Of a DNA stretch of 64,000 bases, positions 51,365-61,105 are shown in pieces. The DNA comes from a bacterium. Its GTDB lineage: Bacteria; UBA8248. The stretch lies in NCBI GenBank assembly GCA_965204535.1, contig CBDBEV010000001.1, forward strand, positions 2,336,001 through 2,400,000. The letters are read 5' to 3'. Within the stretch, counting starts at the first letter, position 1; each line of letters opens with the position of its first letter. The position numbers and the translations under genes are program-made. The notes beneath the pieces were generated by a model, which worked only from the letters and a program-made list of their open reading frames with translations, did not search any database and was not told where the DNA came from.

Positions 51365-54300
51365 CTACCACCGCATCGAGCCCCTGAGCGCCACGCCGTG
51401 GACGGAAGCGCCCCCGTCCCTCTCGCGCAGGTCGCCCTCGAGGCTCATGGTGAGGGACTCGGCGAGCCGGAAGCGCCCGCCGGCGCGGTACGTCTCCCCG
51501 CTCCCGGTGAGCGTGAAGCCGGTGTAGGGCGTCAGGAGTCCGCCCCAGGCGTCGAGGCCCCAGCCCGCCTCGGCGTCGAGGCCCGCCACGGGGTCGAACG
51601 CTCCTCCCCCGAAGCTGCCCCCGGCCCGGGACCAGAGCCGCTCCACGCCGCCCGCGGCCGCGCCCCAGGACGAACCCGCCCGGAGCGAGAGCCCGCGCCC
51701 GTCCGAGCCCGGCGCGTACCCCACCGAGGCGCTCACGCCCCATTCCTCATAACCGCCCTCGTTGTGGGAGAGCAGGCCGCGCGCTCTCACCTCCGCCGTC
51801 AGGGCGCCCGAGGACCAGCGCAGGCCGCCGCCCGCCTCGACGCCCCCGCCCGTCTCCGCGTCGCCCGAATCGTTCCGGAACCCTATCTCCACCGAGGGCG
51901 TCAGCACCGCATCGCCCATCTTGTACGAGCGCGAACCCTCGAGGGCGAGCCGCACCCGGCTCGTCCCCGCTTCGGTCTCCGCCAGGCCCGCCGCGGCGTC
52001 CGAGCGCGTGTCCGTCACGAGGACGTCCGCGCGGAGCGCGAGCTCGAACCCGCCCGGCGCCCGCGCGGGCAGGAGGACGCCGCGCGCCCCTCCCGCCGCC
52101 ACCCCCATATCGAGGTCGGCGTCCATCGACTCAGCCCCCCCGGGCGTGAGCGTCATCCCGCCCGAACCCAGGCCCACCACGCCCCAGAGCGAGAACGACC
52201 CGCTCACCCGGTAGCGCGCGTAGGGCCAGACGCCCGTGAGGGTGCTCTCCACCTCGCCCGCGCAGCCCGTATCGCACGCGCCGCCCATTTTGTACGAGCC
52301 GTCGCCCGAACTCCGCGAGAGCGCCACGCCCACCAGCCAGCGCGACCGCTCGTAGTCGAAGCCCACGGTCGCCGTCGTCACGTCGCCATCCAGCGAGAGA
52401 TCGCCCCCGGCGCCCTCGAACGAGGAGCGCGCGCCCCGGCCCCACAGCGACCAGCGCCCTCCCGGCGCGTCCCCGCCGCCGGCCGAGGCCATGTGAAACG
52501 AACTCGCGAGCAGGAGTTCGCTCATCGAGACCTCGCGCACCGAAGATACCGGCGCCTCCTCGCCGCGCCCGAGCCGGGCCTCCCTCTCCTTCAAGAGGGC
52601 CTCGGCGAGGCGCGACTCGATGGCCTCGCGCTCCGCCTTGCCGCCCGTGAGGCTGTGGCCGCCCAGCACGACGCCCGCGGCGCCGCCCGACAGGCGTCCG
52701 TCAATCGCCCCGGCGACGTGGCCCGCCGCCGTCCGCCCGAAGCGCGAGAGCCACGCCCCCGGCATCGGGTCGTCGTTCCGGATCACCCCCTTCGCCTCGC
52801 GGTGCATCGCGCGCAGGAACGCCCCCCGCGGGTTCGAGAGCGTGAGCTTGAACGTCTCCTTGCCCTCGTCGATGGCGTCGTCGAGAAGCGCCACGCTCAC
52901 CGTGTGAGACGTCTCGCCCGGCGCAAAGGTGAGCGTGCCCGACGCGGCCGTGTAGTCCGCCCCCGCCGCCGCCGTGCCGTCGGCCGTCGCGTAGTCCACC
53001 GAGACCTCGTGCGCCGCCGCGCGGTGGAGCGTCACCGCGAAGTCGAGCGAGGCGTCCTTGCCTTCCTTCGCCCGCGCGTCCGCGACCCGGATGCGCGCCG
53101 GGCCCCGGACCGTCGCCGACGCCTCGCCGAGCGCAACCGTCACGTCCTTCCAGGACTTCGGCATGACGCGGACCCGCCACAGCACCGGGTCCAGCGGCTC
53201 CACGCCCGTCACCTTCCCGGCCGTCACCGTGAACGCCTCCGGGGCGGGCTTCGAGCCCGACTGCACGTCCAGCGCGAACGCCGTCCGCCCGTCATGCTCC
53301 GGCGGGACGTTGCCGAACTCTACCGCCACGGTCTGGGCCTCTTCTTCCGGCGTGGTCTGTTCCTCGGGCGCCTGCGCCTGCGTCTGCGCCTCGGTCACCT
53401 CGATGCGGTAGGTCGTCATGCCGCCCGAACCGCCGCTCGCCATCACCCACAGCTCGGTCGCGCCGCCGTCCGGCGCGAGCGCCAGATCGACCGCCGTGCC
53501 CGAGGGCCGCACCCGCGACGGGCGCGTGAAGGTCGTCCCGCCCCGGCGCGAGCCCGCGAACACGCTCGCCCCGCCGCTCCAGTGCGGCGCCAGCGTCACG
53601 CCCGCCGTCCCCGCCGGGACCTCCGCCCGGTACGACAGCACATCCGTCGAGAAGGCCGGGCTCAGCGCCACCGCTCCCGAACCCGCCGTGAGCGCGAGCC
53701 CGGTCACGCTCAGCGCGTCGCGCTCGTGCGTCCTCGCCGCGTTCTGTTCGTCCTGGACAATGACGGTCACCCGGCCGCCCAGGTAATCCGCCGGGACCTC
53801 CGGCGAGTCGACGCTGTGGTCGACAACCAGGACCTCGTTACGGGAGTTCGCGTCCCTTCCGGCGCTGACCGTGAACGTCTTCGGGCTCGTGTCTCCCGCT
53901 TCGACCCGGATCCGCTCGGGAGAGACCGTGATCGCGCCGGGGTCGCTGTCGCCGGGGACGCTGATGCGCGGGGAAATGTACGCGGCGTCCTCGAGCGGCG
54001 TCTTCAGACGGACGGTGTAGGTCGCGCTGGCGCCCTCCTCCGGCGACACCTGGCCCGGGGAAGCGGCCAGATATTTGCAGTCGTCGTCGATGATTTCGAT
54101 CGAGATCACCAGGCCATGGTGCCGGTCCTGCCGGTCCCACCCGCCCCAGTCGGGACCGCCGCCGCTGCCGTGGTGCCTGATCCAGTACCGGGTGCCGGGC
54201 GGCGACTTGCACTCGTTGTCGTCCACCGCGGTGAGCCCGACCGATTTGGCCTGCTGCCAGTCCCCGCTCAGGTAGTTGGGGTGCGGGGCGGCTTTCCAGG

Positions 54301-55126
54301 TGACCGCGTTGTGGATCGTGAGCAGGCTGTTGTCGACGTTGGGGTAGTCGCTGCCGTCCGGTCGGACGTTGTGGTGTCGCGGCGTGATGGTCAGATCCAG
54401 GGTCGGCGGCTGGTGGATCACGATGCCGTAGGTGATCGATGTGCCCTCGGCGATCTTCATGCGTCCGGGTCCCATCGGGTGGAACCCATCGACGGACATG
54501 CTGCCGGCGCGGCCCAGCGAGGGCACCACCAGACTCACCGTGACCTGCTGGTTGTCGGTCCATTGCGGGTTGACACCCGTCCATTGGTAACGTCCTTCAG
54601 CGCCGAAATCACCAAGGGTCAACCGCGTATTGCCGAGATGCAACACCAGCCCGGCAAGCTTCGCGCGTGGTGTCGGATCGGTGCTCATCTGAAACCGATT
54701 AGTGGAAGAGATGTAAGATAACCGGCTGATTCGATAGGTCCTACCGTTGTACTCGAAGTCATCGTCCGTGAGCGCCGAGGAGCAGGGTTCTTGCGTAGCG
54801 GCGGTTTCGCAGCCGTAATAAATTCCGTCCTTACTGACTGTCAGCGTCGCCGACCAGATGTGGGACTGCGCCTGGGCGGGCGCGGCCGCGAACAGGCCGA
54901 GCGCGCCGAGCAGCAGCGCGAGGACGGGGAGTAAGACGAGGCGGCGGGCGCGGGCGCGCCCGGTGCGGGCGTCAGGCCGTCTGGAGCCCCTCGATAAACT
55001 CGGGACAGGCTCTGCCGATGTCGGGGAAGTCGGCTCGCGCACTCCGGCCGGGTTCACTTCACGCCGCCGGGCCGCGCTGCAGAACGCCGCCGCCGGCAGC
55101 ATGGAAATCAGTGCAATGTTCTTCAT
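51365..55126 (-). CDS. Autotransporter-like adhesin with Ig/cadherin-like and Calx-beta domains
   Basis: Signal peptide ..AAAPAQA; LSPAF....SY cadherin-like domain; VDYATADGTA.AGADY..SGTLTFAPGE....V.LLDD..DEG.E.F Calx-beta; C-terminal beta-barrel ending in W. Confidence 0.88.
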   Translation of the reverse strand: MKNIALISMLPAAAFCSAARRREVNPAGVREPTSPTSAEPVPSLSRGSRRPDARTGRARARRLVLLPVLALLLGALGLFAAAPAQAQSHIWSATLTVSKDGIYYGCETAATQEPCSSALTDDDFEYNGRTYRISRLSYISSTNRFQMSTDPTPRAKLAGLVLHLGNTRLTLGDFGAEGRYQWTGVNPQWTDNQQVTVSLVVPSLGRAGSMSVDGFHPMGPGRMKIAEGTSITYGIVIHQPPTLDLTITPRHHNVRPDGSDYPNVDNSLLTIHNAVTWKAAPHPNYLSGDWQQAKSVGLTAVDDNECKSPPGTRYWIRHHGSGGGPDWGGWDRQDRHHGLVISIEIIDDDCKYLAASPGQVSPEEGASATYTVRLKTPLEDAAYISPRISVPGDSDPGAITVSPERIRVEAGDTSPKTFTVSAGRDANSRNEVLVVDHSVDSPEVPADYLGGRVTVIVQDEQNAARTHERDALSVTGLALTAGSGAVALSPAFSTDVLSYRAEVPAGTAGVTLAPHWSGGASVFAGSRRGGTTFTRPSRVRPSGTAVDLALAPDGGATELWVMASGGSGGMTTYRIEVTEAQTQAQAPEEQTTPEEEAQTVAVEFGNVPPEHDGRTAFALDVQSGSKPAPEAFTVTAGKVTGVEPLDPVLWRVRVMPKSWKDVTVALGEASATVRGPARIRVADARAKEGKDASLDFAVTLHRAAAHEVSVDYATADGTAAAGADYTAASGTLTFAPGETSHTVSVALLDDAIDEGKETFKLTLSNPRGAFLRAMHREAKGVIRNDDPMPGAWLSRFGRTAAGHVAGAIDGRLSGGAAGVVLGGHSLTGGKAEREAIESRLAEALLKEREARLGRGEEAPVSSVREVSMSELLLASSFHMASAGGGDAPGGRWSLWGRGARSSFEGAGGDLSLDGDVTTATVGFDYERSRWLVGVALSRSSGDGSYKMGGACDTGCAGEVESTLTGVWPYARYRVSGSFSLWGVVGLGSGGMTLTPGGAESMDADLDMGVAAGGARGVLLPARAPGGFELALRADVLVTDTRSDAAAGLAETEAGTSRVRLALEGSRSYKMGDAVLTPSVEIGFRNDSGDAETGGGVEAGGGLRWSSGALTAEVRARGLLSHNEGGYEEWGVSASVGYAPGSDGRGLSLRAGSSWGAAAGGVERLWSRAGGSFGGGAFDPVAGLDAEAGWGLDAWGGLLTPYTGFTLTGSGETYRAGGRFRLAESLTMSLEGDLRERDGGASVHGVALRGSMRW

Positions 55127-55240
55127 TTGGAATACCCCCTGTTCCGAGATTTCGAGTTCAAGCTGACGCAACCGGCAGTGAGTCTTTCCGCGAGAGGCGG
55201 ATTCCTGCGGTATGCGCCCACCTCGAACCCGGGCTGGTGT

Positions 55241-55440
55241 CCGCTAATTGCCATTATCGGAAAGTTAAACACCTCTCACGGCCATGTCAAGCGCAATTCC
55301 GGGGTCCCCGGAGGGGTTTCGGGCGCCGTTTTGCGCCTTTTTTCGCTCATGTTTCGCTCATTTGCGGCCCGTATGCCCCCCCGAAACGGGTTTTTCGGCG
55401 GAAAACAAGGCTTCTGGGGGCCAATAATGGCAATTATCGG
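55241..55440 (-). promoter_or_regulatory. Invertible promoter A, pointing at the autotransporter (ON)
   Basis: Sites CCGCTAA-TTGCCA-TTATCGG (55241-55260) and CCAATAA-TGGCAA-TTATCGG (55421-55440); TTGACA(55290-55285)-N17-TAACTT on the minus strand. Confidence 0.88.
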
Positions 55441-55555
55441 ACTCCAGAAACCCGCCGTTTCGCCGGTATTCCCCTGCGAAACGGCTTTTTTTGTGGAAAT
55501 TCCCCGTCGTCGTCCATACTTGGCAATCGAGGAGGCGCTCGGGCGGCCCCGGGCA

Positions 55556-55753
55556 ATGGACACGGCCGCCGACCTGGCGAAGGCGTCGATGTCTGAGAAC
55601 ACGCGGCGGGCGTACGGGACGGCGCTCAGGGGATTCGAGTGTTCGGGAAACCCCGAGACCGACGCCGGGATAGCGGCGTACCTGGGGAATCTCTACGAGG
55701 GGGAGTACGCGGCGGCCGTGGCCGCGATGGCGAGGCTGCGCTACGGGCGGTGA
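55556..55753 (+). pseudogene. Internally deleted tyrosine recombinase
   Basis: N- and C-terminal ends of the 61418-62290 protein are fused at CGCGATGGCG; catalytic domain missing. Confidence 0.9.
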
Positions 55754-55841
55754 GGTCCGCCCGGCGTTTCGTCGTGAGCATGTCCTTCGCTCCGGGCAGG
55801 TCCGCCGCGTGCGGGACGCCCGTCTTCTCCCGAATATCTCT

Positions 55842-56561
55842 CTACCGCCTCTTCTTTCTGCGGGCGGCTCTCTCCCCGGACGTGGAGGTCCACCTCCGGG
55901 CGGAGGCCCACTTCTCGAGGTCTTCGAGCAGGTAGCGCACCCGGTATCCGGTGCGAAGAAAATCCGGCCCCTCGCCGCTCACGCGGTAGCGCTCGAGCGT
56001 CCTGGGCGAGAGGCCGAGCCAGGCGGCCGCCTCCCGCGTGTCCAGGCGGTTCTCCCCCGCGCGTTCATCGACGTCTCCCGCGGGACCGGGTTCCCCGGCG
56101 GCGTCCCACGTCCCGTCGAACGGGTCGGAGAGATCCGCGAGCCTCTCGCGTATGGCGCGGACCTCCTCTCGGGTCGCGCCCGCCGCCATCCAGGCGCGCA
56201 CCCGGTCGAAGGTCTTGAGATACGGCGAGGCGCCCCGGCGCAGCCTTCCCACGAAGGAGGGATTCCCCACGGTCTCCTCGCCCAGGATCGAGACCTTGGT
56301 CCCGCTCACCGCGAGAAACGCCTCGACCTCGGCCCGCAGGAACGGTCCCAGGGGCGGATACCCCATGAACGCGAGCACCCGGTCCGCCGTGTCGACCCGC
56401 AGGGGCCGCCCCCGGGCGTGCAGTCCCACGAAGCCGGGAATCCCCAGCGCGCCCACCCCGAAGCGCCGCGCGCTCATCCCCCGGCGCGCGCGCCAGAGCG
56501 CAATGCTCCGGCGCAGCCGCTCGTCCAGCGGGGCGCCGGTATCGTCGTCGAACGCGGTCAT
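55842..56561 (-). CDS. Triple-HTH protein (two Cro-like repeats plus excisionase-like HTH_17)
   Basis: Repeat ..F....G.P.FV....RG......T.DRV.A.M twice; LDTREAAAWLGLSPRTLE.YR..G.GP.F.....RVRY. Confidence 0.82.
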   Translation of the reverse strand: MTAFDDDTGAPLDERLRRSIALWRARRGMSARRFGVGALGIPGFVGLHARGRPLRVDTADRVLAFMGYPPLGPFLRAEVEAFLAVSGTKVSILGEETVGNPSFVGRLRRGASPYLKTFDRVRAWMAAGATREEVRAIRERLADLSDPFDGTWDAAGEPGPAGDVDERAGENRLDTREAAAWLGLSPRTLERYRVSGEGPDFLRTGYRVRYLLEDLEKWASARRWTSTSGERAARRKKRR

Positions 56562-56792
56562 GGCGCGCGAACATAAGGAAAGTGCGAGCGCCCGTTCAAT
56601 CGTTGTTTCTAGCGCGGAAGGTACACCCGGGAAGAGTCCGCGACCGCGTCCGTGCGCGGGTCGCTCATCGGTTCAGCCTGAAATCACGGGCGTTTTCCAG
56701 AAAACGAGGGTCGCCGGAGAACGCGCAGCGAGGCGCTACGGAAAAAAAGGAAGGACGCCGCCCCCCGGCGCGCGCTCGAAAGCCTCTCTCGT

Positions 56793-56933
56793 TCACGCCG
56801 CGGTGGGCTGTTTCGCGAGTCGTCGCTGCGAATGGCGCTCCGGCATGACCGGCGATTGGCGGTGAACGGCGAGTTGCATCTCGACCGGAGAAGCCGCTGC
56901 CGCGGCAAGGCGCTGCGCGCTGCCCGTCCGCAG
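56793..56933 (-). pseudogene. Remnant of a recombinase C-terminus
   Basis: LRTGSAQRLA...SPVEMQLA..RQSPVMPERHSQRRLAKQ matches the C-terminus of 61418-62290. Confidence 0.8.
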
Positions 56934-57140
56934 GTCGAAACGGCGCCGATTCCCTTGTTTCATTCGTTTTTATCGCATCGTATGCTGATGTTCCGGGTCG
57001 TCCGCCAAATACAATACGGCCAAGCCGAAACAGGCGGACATTCCTTCGTGGATTGTATGCCAACGGCCCGGATTTTCCCGGTCCTGTCCGATTGACCGTT
57101 ATGCCTTACACGTCTTTCGATGATTGGTCGGGCATGGTGG

Positions 57141-58193
57141 TCACGCCGGTGTTTCCGTCAGATCGGACAATTCGCCTTTCTCGAAGGTTTTGGGAGCCCA
57201 CCCCGGCAAGAAGGGCGTATCCATGTGGTCGAGTTGCAAGGCGTCGCGCATCCCCTGGGGGATGCTGGCAAGCCATTCGGGTATACCCAGTAGGGGCGAT
57301 GGATCGGGGTCGTAGTAGAAGCGACCCATTTCGGGCATTCCGGTGTCAGGCCAATGGGCCTCGTCGCGCTTGAGCAGCTGCACCGACCAGCGTTCCATGC
57401 GGGTTTCCACCAGGAAGATCTCGTCCGGCGCATTTGTGCACGCTGATAGCAGCGAAGGGAGAAGGTCTTCGCGGAATTCGAAACTCGTAAGGCCCGGATC
57501 ACCGCTTTCCAAAACCAGAACGGTACGTGCGCCATCCGCCTTGCAGTCCTGAAGCTTGGGGCATTTCCTGGAAAAGGTATCCCGGAGACTGTCCAAGCGC
57601 GGGCTTTCCGGATCGTCCGGAGGAATGAACCTGAACGAGAATGATCCCGGCTTTTTTTGCACGAGCCGTGCAATCGGCCATTGCAGCAGTTCGAATTCAC
57701 ACTCAAATCCCGGCGGGGTTCCATGGATACGATCATCGGACCAATAAGGATCGCGGATTGATAAGATTTGGCCGGAGTTCCGCTTGCGCAGAGTTTTCTC
57801 GCTTGCCTGGATCCATTCGACGAGAGCACCAAGTGCTCGTTCTCTTTTTTTGACTCGCCCTTTGGGCAGGGAAACGTCGGTTGGGAATTGCAGTTCGTAG
57901 TAGGCCAGGCTTGAGAATGGCTCCGGGATAGCTTTTTTGATGTGCTCGATGATTTGGTTCGCGACGACCACGGTCGCGATCTGATTTTCGATCGACTCTA
58001 CCCGAGTGTGCTCAATCGCATATTCCCGGGAGCCGAGCTTCAGACGCAGATCGACGGGAGGACCGCCTCCCTCCTTATCGGGATGACGGACATTCGAGCG
58101 CGTCTCGCGTGTCCATTTTTCGAGGGTCCTGACGACTGCATCGCATACCCGCCCCTCGTTGTTCGGCACTACCATGACTGACGAATCCCTCAT
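57141..58193 (-). CDS. Hypothetical protein with possible PD-(D/E)XK-like N-terminus
   Basis: 350-aa ORF; HPD...PPVDL......YAIEHT; nuclease call is inference. Confidence 0.55.
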   Translation of the reverse strand: MRDSSVMVVPNNEGRVCDAVVRTLEKWTRETRSNVRHPDKEGGGPPVDLRLKLGSREYAIEHTRVESIENQIATVVVANQIIEHIKKAIPEPFSSLAYYELQFPTDVSLPKGRVKKRERALGALVEWIQASEKTLRKRNSGQILSIRDPYWSDDRIHGTPPGFECEFELLQWPIARLVQKKPGSFSFRFIPPDDPESPRLDSLRDTFSRKCPKLQDCKADGARTVLVLESGDPGLTSFEFREDLLPSLLSACTNAPDEIFLVETRMERWSVQLLKRDEAHWPDTGMPEMGRFYYDPDPSPLLGIPEWLASIPQGMRDALQLDHMDTPFLPGWAPKTFEKGELSDLTETPA

Positions 58194-58647
58194 TTTCCCT
58201 GATTTACCCGTTCCCGCTCACGGGCCATATATTCTATCATGCCGCGTTTGTCTGCATCGACTCGCCAAGTGCGGTTATATGCCGGTCACCGCATCTCTAT
58301 GTCCTATGCTGGTGTCCATGTACGTCCACATACGGTCATCGATACGGGATCGGGAAAACGGTACTCGAACGGAAAACTTTCAAGCTCGCGTAATCGATTC
58401 GGACCGGTCCTTGCATCTTCATACGGGCCTGAGGACCGATGACTCGCGCACGCCGGGATGCTCTGGAGTTGTAATGAACCCGCTTTCGTTTTGATTACGG
58501 GCCTGCCAGGGAAAATTCATGGCAACCTGTTAACTAATCTTATAACAGCACCTTACAGGATAATCGAAAATGCCCGAAACTGCTCTTGTCTCTAGGACGG
58601 CCAAAATCCGAAACCGGGCGGCGACGCAGGCTCTCGCCTTGAAAGGC

Positions 58648-58779
58648 AACCCCCCCTACCCCCCCTTGTCAGGGGGGTATAAAAAAGCAACCCCCCGACG
58701 AGGGGTTAAAAACAAAAAGGTCCCCCCGACAGGGGGGAGCAAAAAAAGACCCCCCTGTGATAAGGGGGGGTTGGGGGTC
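58648..58779. repeat. Cluster of C-run/G-run palindromes (REP-like)
   Basis: CCCCCCTTGTCAGGGGGG, AACCCCCCGACGAGGGGTT, TCCCCCCGACAGGGGGGA and CCCCCTGTGATAAGGGGG separated by A-tracts. Confidence 0.75.
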
Positions 58780-59126
58780 AAACCCGATCGATGAGGGAGG
58801 GTTTGCCTTTCAAGGAAAAAAGGGCCGACACCCCGCAAAGGGCTGCTTTAAGGGGTTGAAAAAACCCCTGAAGATGGGAATTGCTGCGACACGATCCCCG
58901 AGGTGCAGGCCGAGTCGGGGTGTCGGCTGCTTTCATGAAGCGAAAACAGGGGCCGCCCGTTGTTCCCCCTCCCGGCTCGAGGACTCAAACTCACAGCCAG
59001 GAGCGGTACAATTTGCTCTCACGAGGGAAGCAACCAACGGGCAACCCCCTTTTCGCTCTCCTCATGCCGCCCCGGCCCCGGGGCCGTGAAGCCCCGAAGC
59101 CATAGGCGTCGTGCTCTTCGCTGCTC

Positions 59127-60878
59127 CTACTGCTTCTTCGCGCCGAAGGCGCCGACCATCCTGCCGGCCGTGCCGTACTCGGTGTAGAACGTGCCGGTCG
59201 CGACCTTCGGAACGCTGCTGTCGTCGGTATTGGTGACAGCGGTGTCTTTCAGCATTCCTGACCACTCGCCGGAGGGGTCAGCGGCCGTGTCGCCGATGGT
59301 CCAGACTGTTTCCTGGGCCACGTCACTGCCGGCTAGGGGAGCTACCGAAATAACGATTCCGTCGCGGGTGCGGTCACCAATCATCTGCCCGTTACCGAAG
59401 AGCGCAGACTTCTTCAACTCGACGGTCCAATCCTTCGACTCGCCGTCCGCCATGAACTGGTCGATGGTGCCGGTGACCTCGTCCTTCTCGAAATCGGCCT
59501 CCAGCGTCGCCGTCGCGGTGAAGTGGCCGGCGTCGTTCGTGCCGCCCGTGGCGCTGCTCAAAGCGTACTTGCCGGCGGCGCCGCCGCGATACGTGGCGCT
59601 TCCTCCCACCAAGCCAGCGATGTTGAGTGTGTCGGGAGTGGGGCCCTTGTCATCCACAAAGGCGCCCGCGGTCAGCGAGCCGTCCGCCTTCGTGAGGAGC
59701 CACCAGCCGTAAGAGGCGTACTCGCTGTCCGCCATCTCCGTCACCCTAGCTGCGGGATTCGTCGCCTTGAAAACCCAAGCAGTAGGGTCAAGAAACGTAT
59801 AGCCCACCGGCGCCTTGCGGACGGCGCAACCATTGCCGGTGGCGGGCGTGCAGATGTAGGTGCCCGCCACACCGTAGTAGGTGCCGAGGATGGGGATCGT
59901 GTCCTGCCCGGTCAAGTCATTGGCCGGCAATTTGGGGACGTAGTTCCCCGCTTTATGCGTGAACCTCGGGCTGGCGATCCTTGGGCCGAGGTTCAATGCG
60001 TCCGTCATCGTCACCGTGTCCGAGTCGTCGCCCGTGAGCGCAAACCCGACATTGCCGTCACCGGTACCGGAATTGAACTTCGCACCCATCGTCGGCGCGC
60101 CGACATCCGAGTAGACGACCGCTTCGTACATGTCGCCCTTGTTGGCGCCAGTCGTCACCGAATGCGTGTACCTCTTGCCCTTCCAGCCATGGAGATCGGC
60201 GACCATCGTCTTCTTGTCTTCCGACAGGGTGGCGGTAGCCGCAGTAGCCGCCGGGTCGGTGCCGATCTGCACCGCGATCTGGCTATCGTTGGTTCCAGCA
60301 TAGCCCGCGATGCGGTCAGTGGTTGCGTAGGTGCCGACCTCGCCCATTGGCTTCCCGATCCCCGCGTACAGCTTCGCCGCCGTGGCGGCCATGGCGGCAT
60401 CCGCAGCCTTCTGTGCATCGTCCATCGCGGCCATGCGGGCCGTCTTGGCGTCGGCAAGCTGCGCTTCGAGCGCGGTGACGGTTCCGGTGTTCGCGGTTTT
60501 CTCCGCCGCCGGTACATCTTCGGCCGCCGCTATCGCCGCCTTCGCGGCCGCGATCGCCGCATCGGCGGCGCTCACCTCGGCAGCGGTCGAGTCGTTGTCC
60601 ACCATGCCGACCTTCGTCTGGGCGTCCGCCAGTTTCGCTTTGATGTCCGCACGTTCCATAGCCAATTTCTCTGCCGCCAAATCTGCGGCTGAAGTGCATG
60701 TCTCATTGTCATTCCATCGGCCCCCCGCGTCCTCGCACGCCATCCGCGAGTCATCAGGCATCTCGGCCGGCGCTTGCGTAGAGCCGCCGCCACCGCCGCA
60801 TCCAGCCAGCGCGATGGCGAACACGGCCGCCAGCGCGAAAGCGTAAAGCTTGTTTATCGGTTTCTCTTTGAACGTCAT
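59127..60878 (-). CDS. Surface lipoprotein with TbpB-like C-terminal beta-barrel
   Basis: Lipobox LAGC then GGGGGS; Ala-rich helical region; ATY.G.AAG.Y, F.A.A.L.ADF...V.G.I and G.F.......VGAFGA end. Confidence 0.8.
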   Translation of the reverse strand: MTFKEKPINKLYAFALAAVFAIALAGCGGGGGSTQAPAEMPDDSRMACEDAGGRWNDNETCTSAADLAAEKLAMERADIKAKLADAQTKVGMVDNDSTAAEVSAADAAIAAAKAAIAAAEDVPAAEKTANTGTVTALEAQLADAKTARMAAMDDAQKAADAAMAATAAKLYAGIGKPMGEVGTYATTDRIAGYAGTNDSQIAVQIGTDPAATAATATLSEDKKTMVADLHGWKGKRYTHSVTTGANKGDMYEAVVYSDVGAPTMGAKFNSGTGDGNVGFALTGDDSDTVTMTDALNLGPRIASPRFTHKAGNYVPKLPANDLTGQDTIPILGTYYGVAGTYICTPATGNGCAVRKAPVGYTFLDPTAWVFKATNPAARVTEMADSEYASYGWWLLTKADGSLTAGAFVDDKGPTPDTLNIAGLVGGSATYRGGAAGKYALSSATGGTNDAGHFTATATLEADFEKDEVTGTIDQFMADGESKDWTVELKKSALFGNGQMIGDRTRDGIVISVAPLAGSDVAQETVWTIGDTAADPSGEWSGMLKDTAVTNTDDSSVPKVATGTFYTEYGTAGRMVGAFGAKKQ

Positions 60879-61105
60879 TTAGCGAGTCCTCCTGAATACA
60901 CAGTAGAAAAAGGGATTTTCAGTGAATTTCCGGCTTTCTCCGATTAACCTCCTTTCGTCAGCTTTTTTTCGGGCCTTCACAAACTGGTGATTCGTATTTC
61001 GGGCCGCCTGGAATACGGCGGACTTGAACCCTTTCATCGTCCGGGCCGGTCGTTCCGCGAGAGGCGGATTCCTGCGGTATGCGTCCCCCTTTCCCGGCCT
61101 GGCCG

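Larger units (their letters stand above)
55186..56889. repeat. Copy A of the duplicated switch module (leader, inverton, recombinase, HTH gene, recombinase remnant)
   Basis: Collinear high similarity to 61053-63483, apart from the inverted ~160-bp segment, a 675-bp deletion and small indels. Confidence 0.92.

Noticed and set aside
51317-54721. 1134-aa plus-strand ORF
   Set aside because: Arg/Pro/Ala-rich antisense shadow of the GC-rich autotransporter
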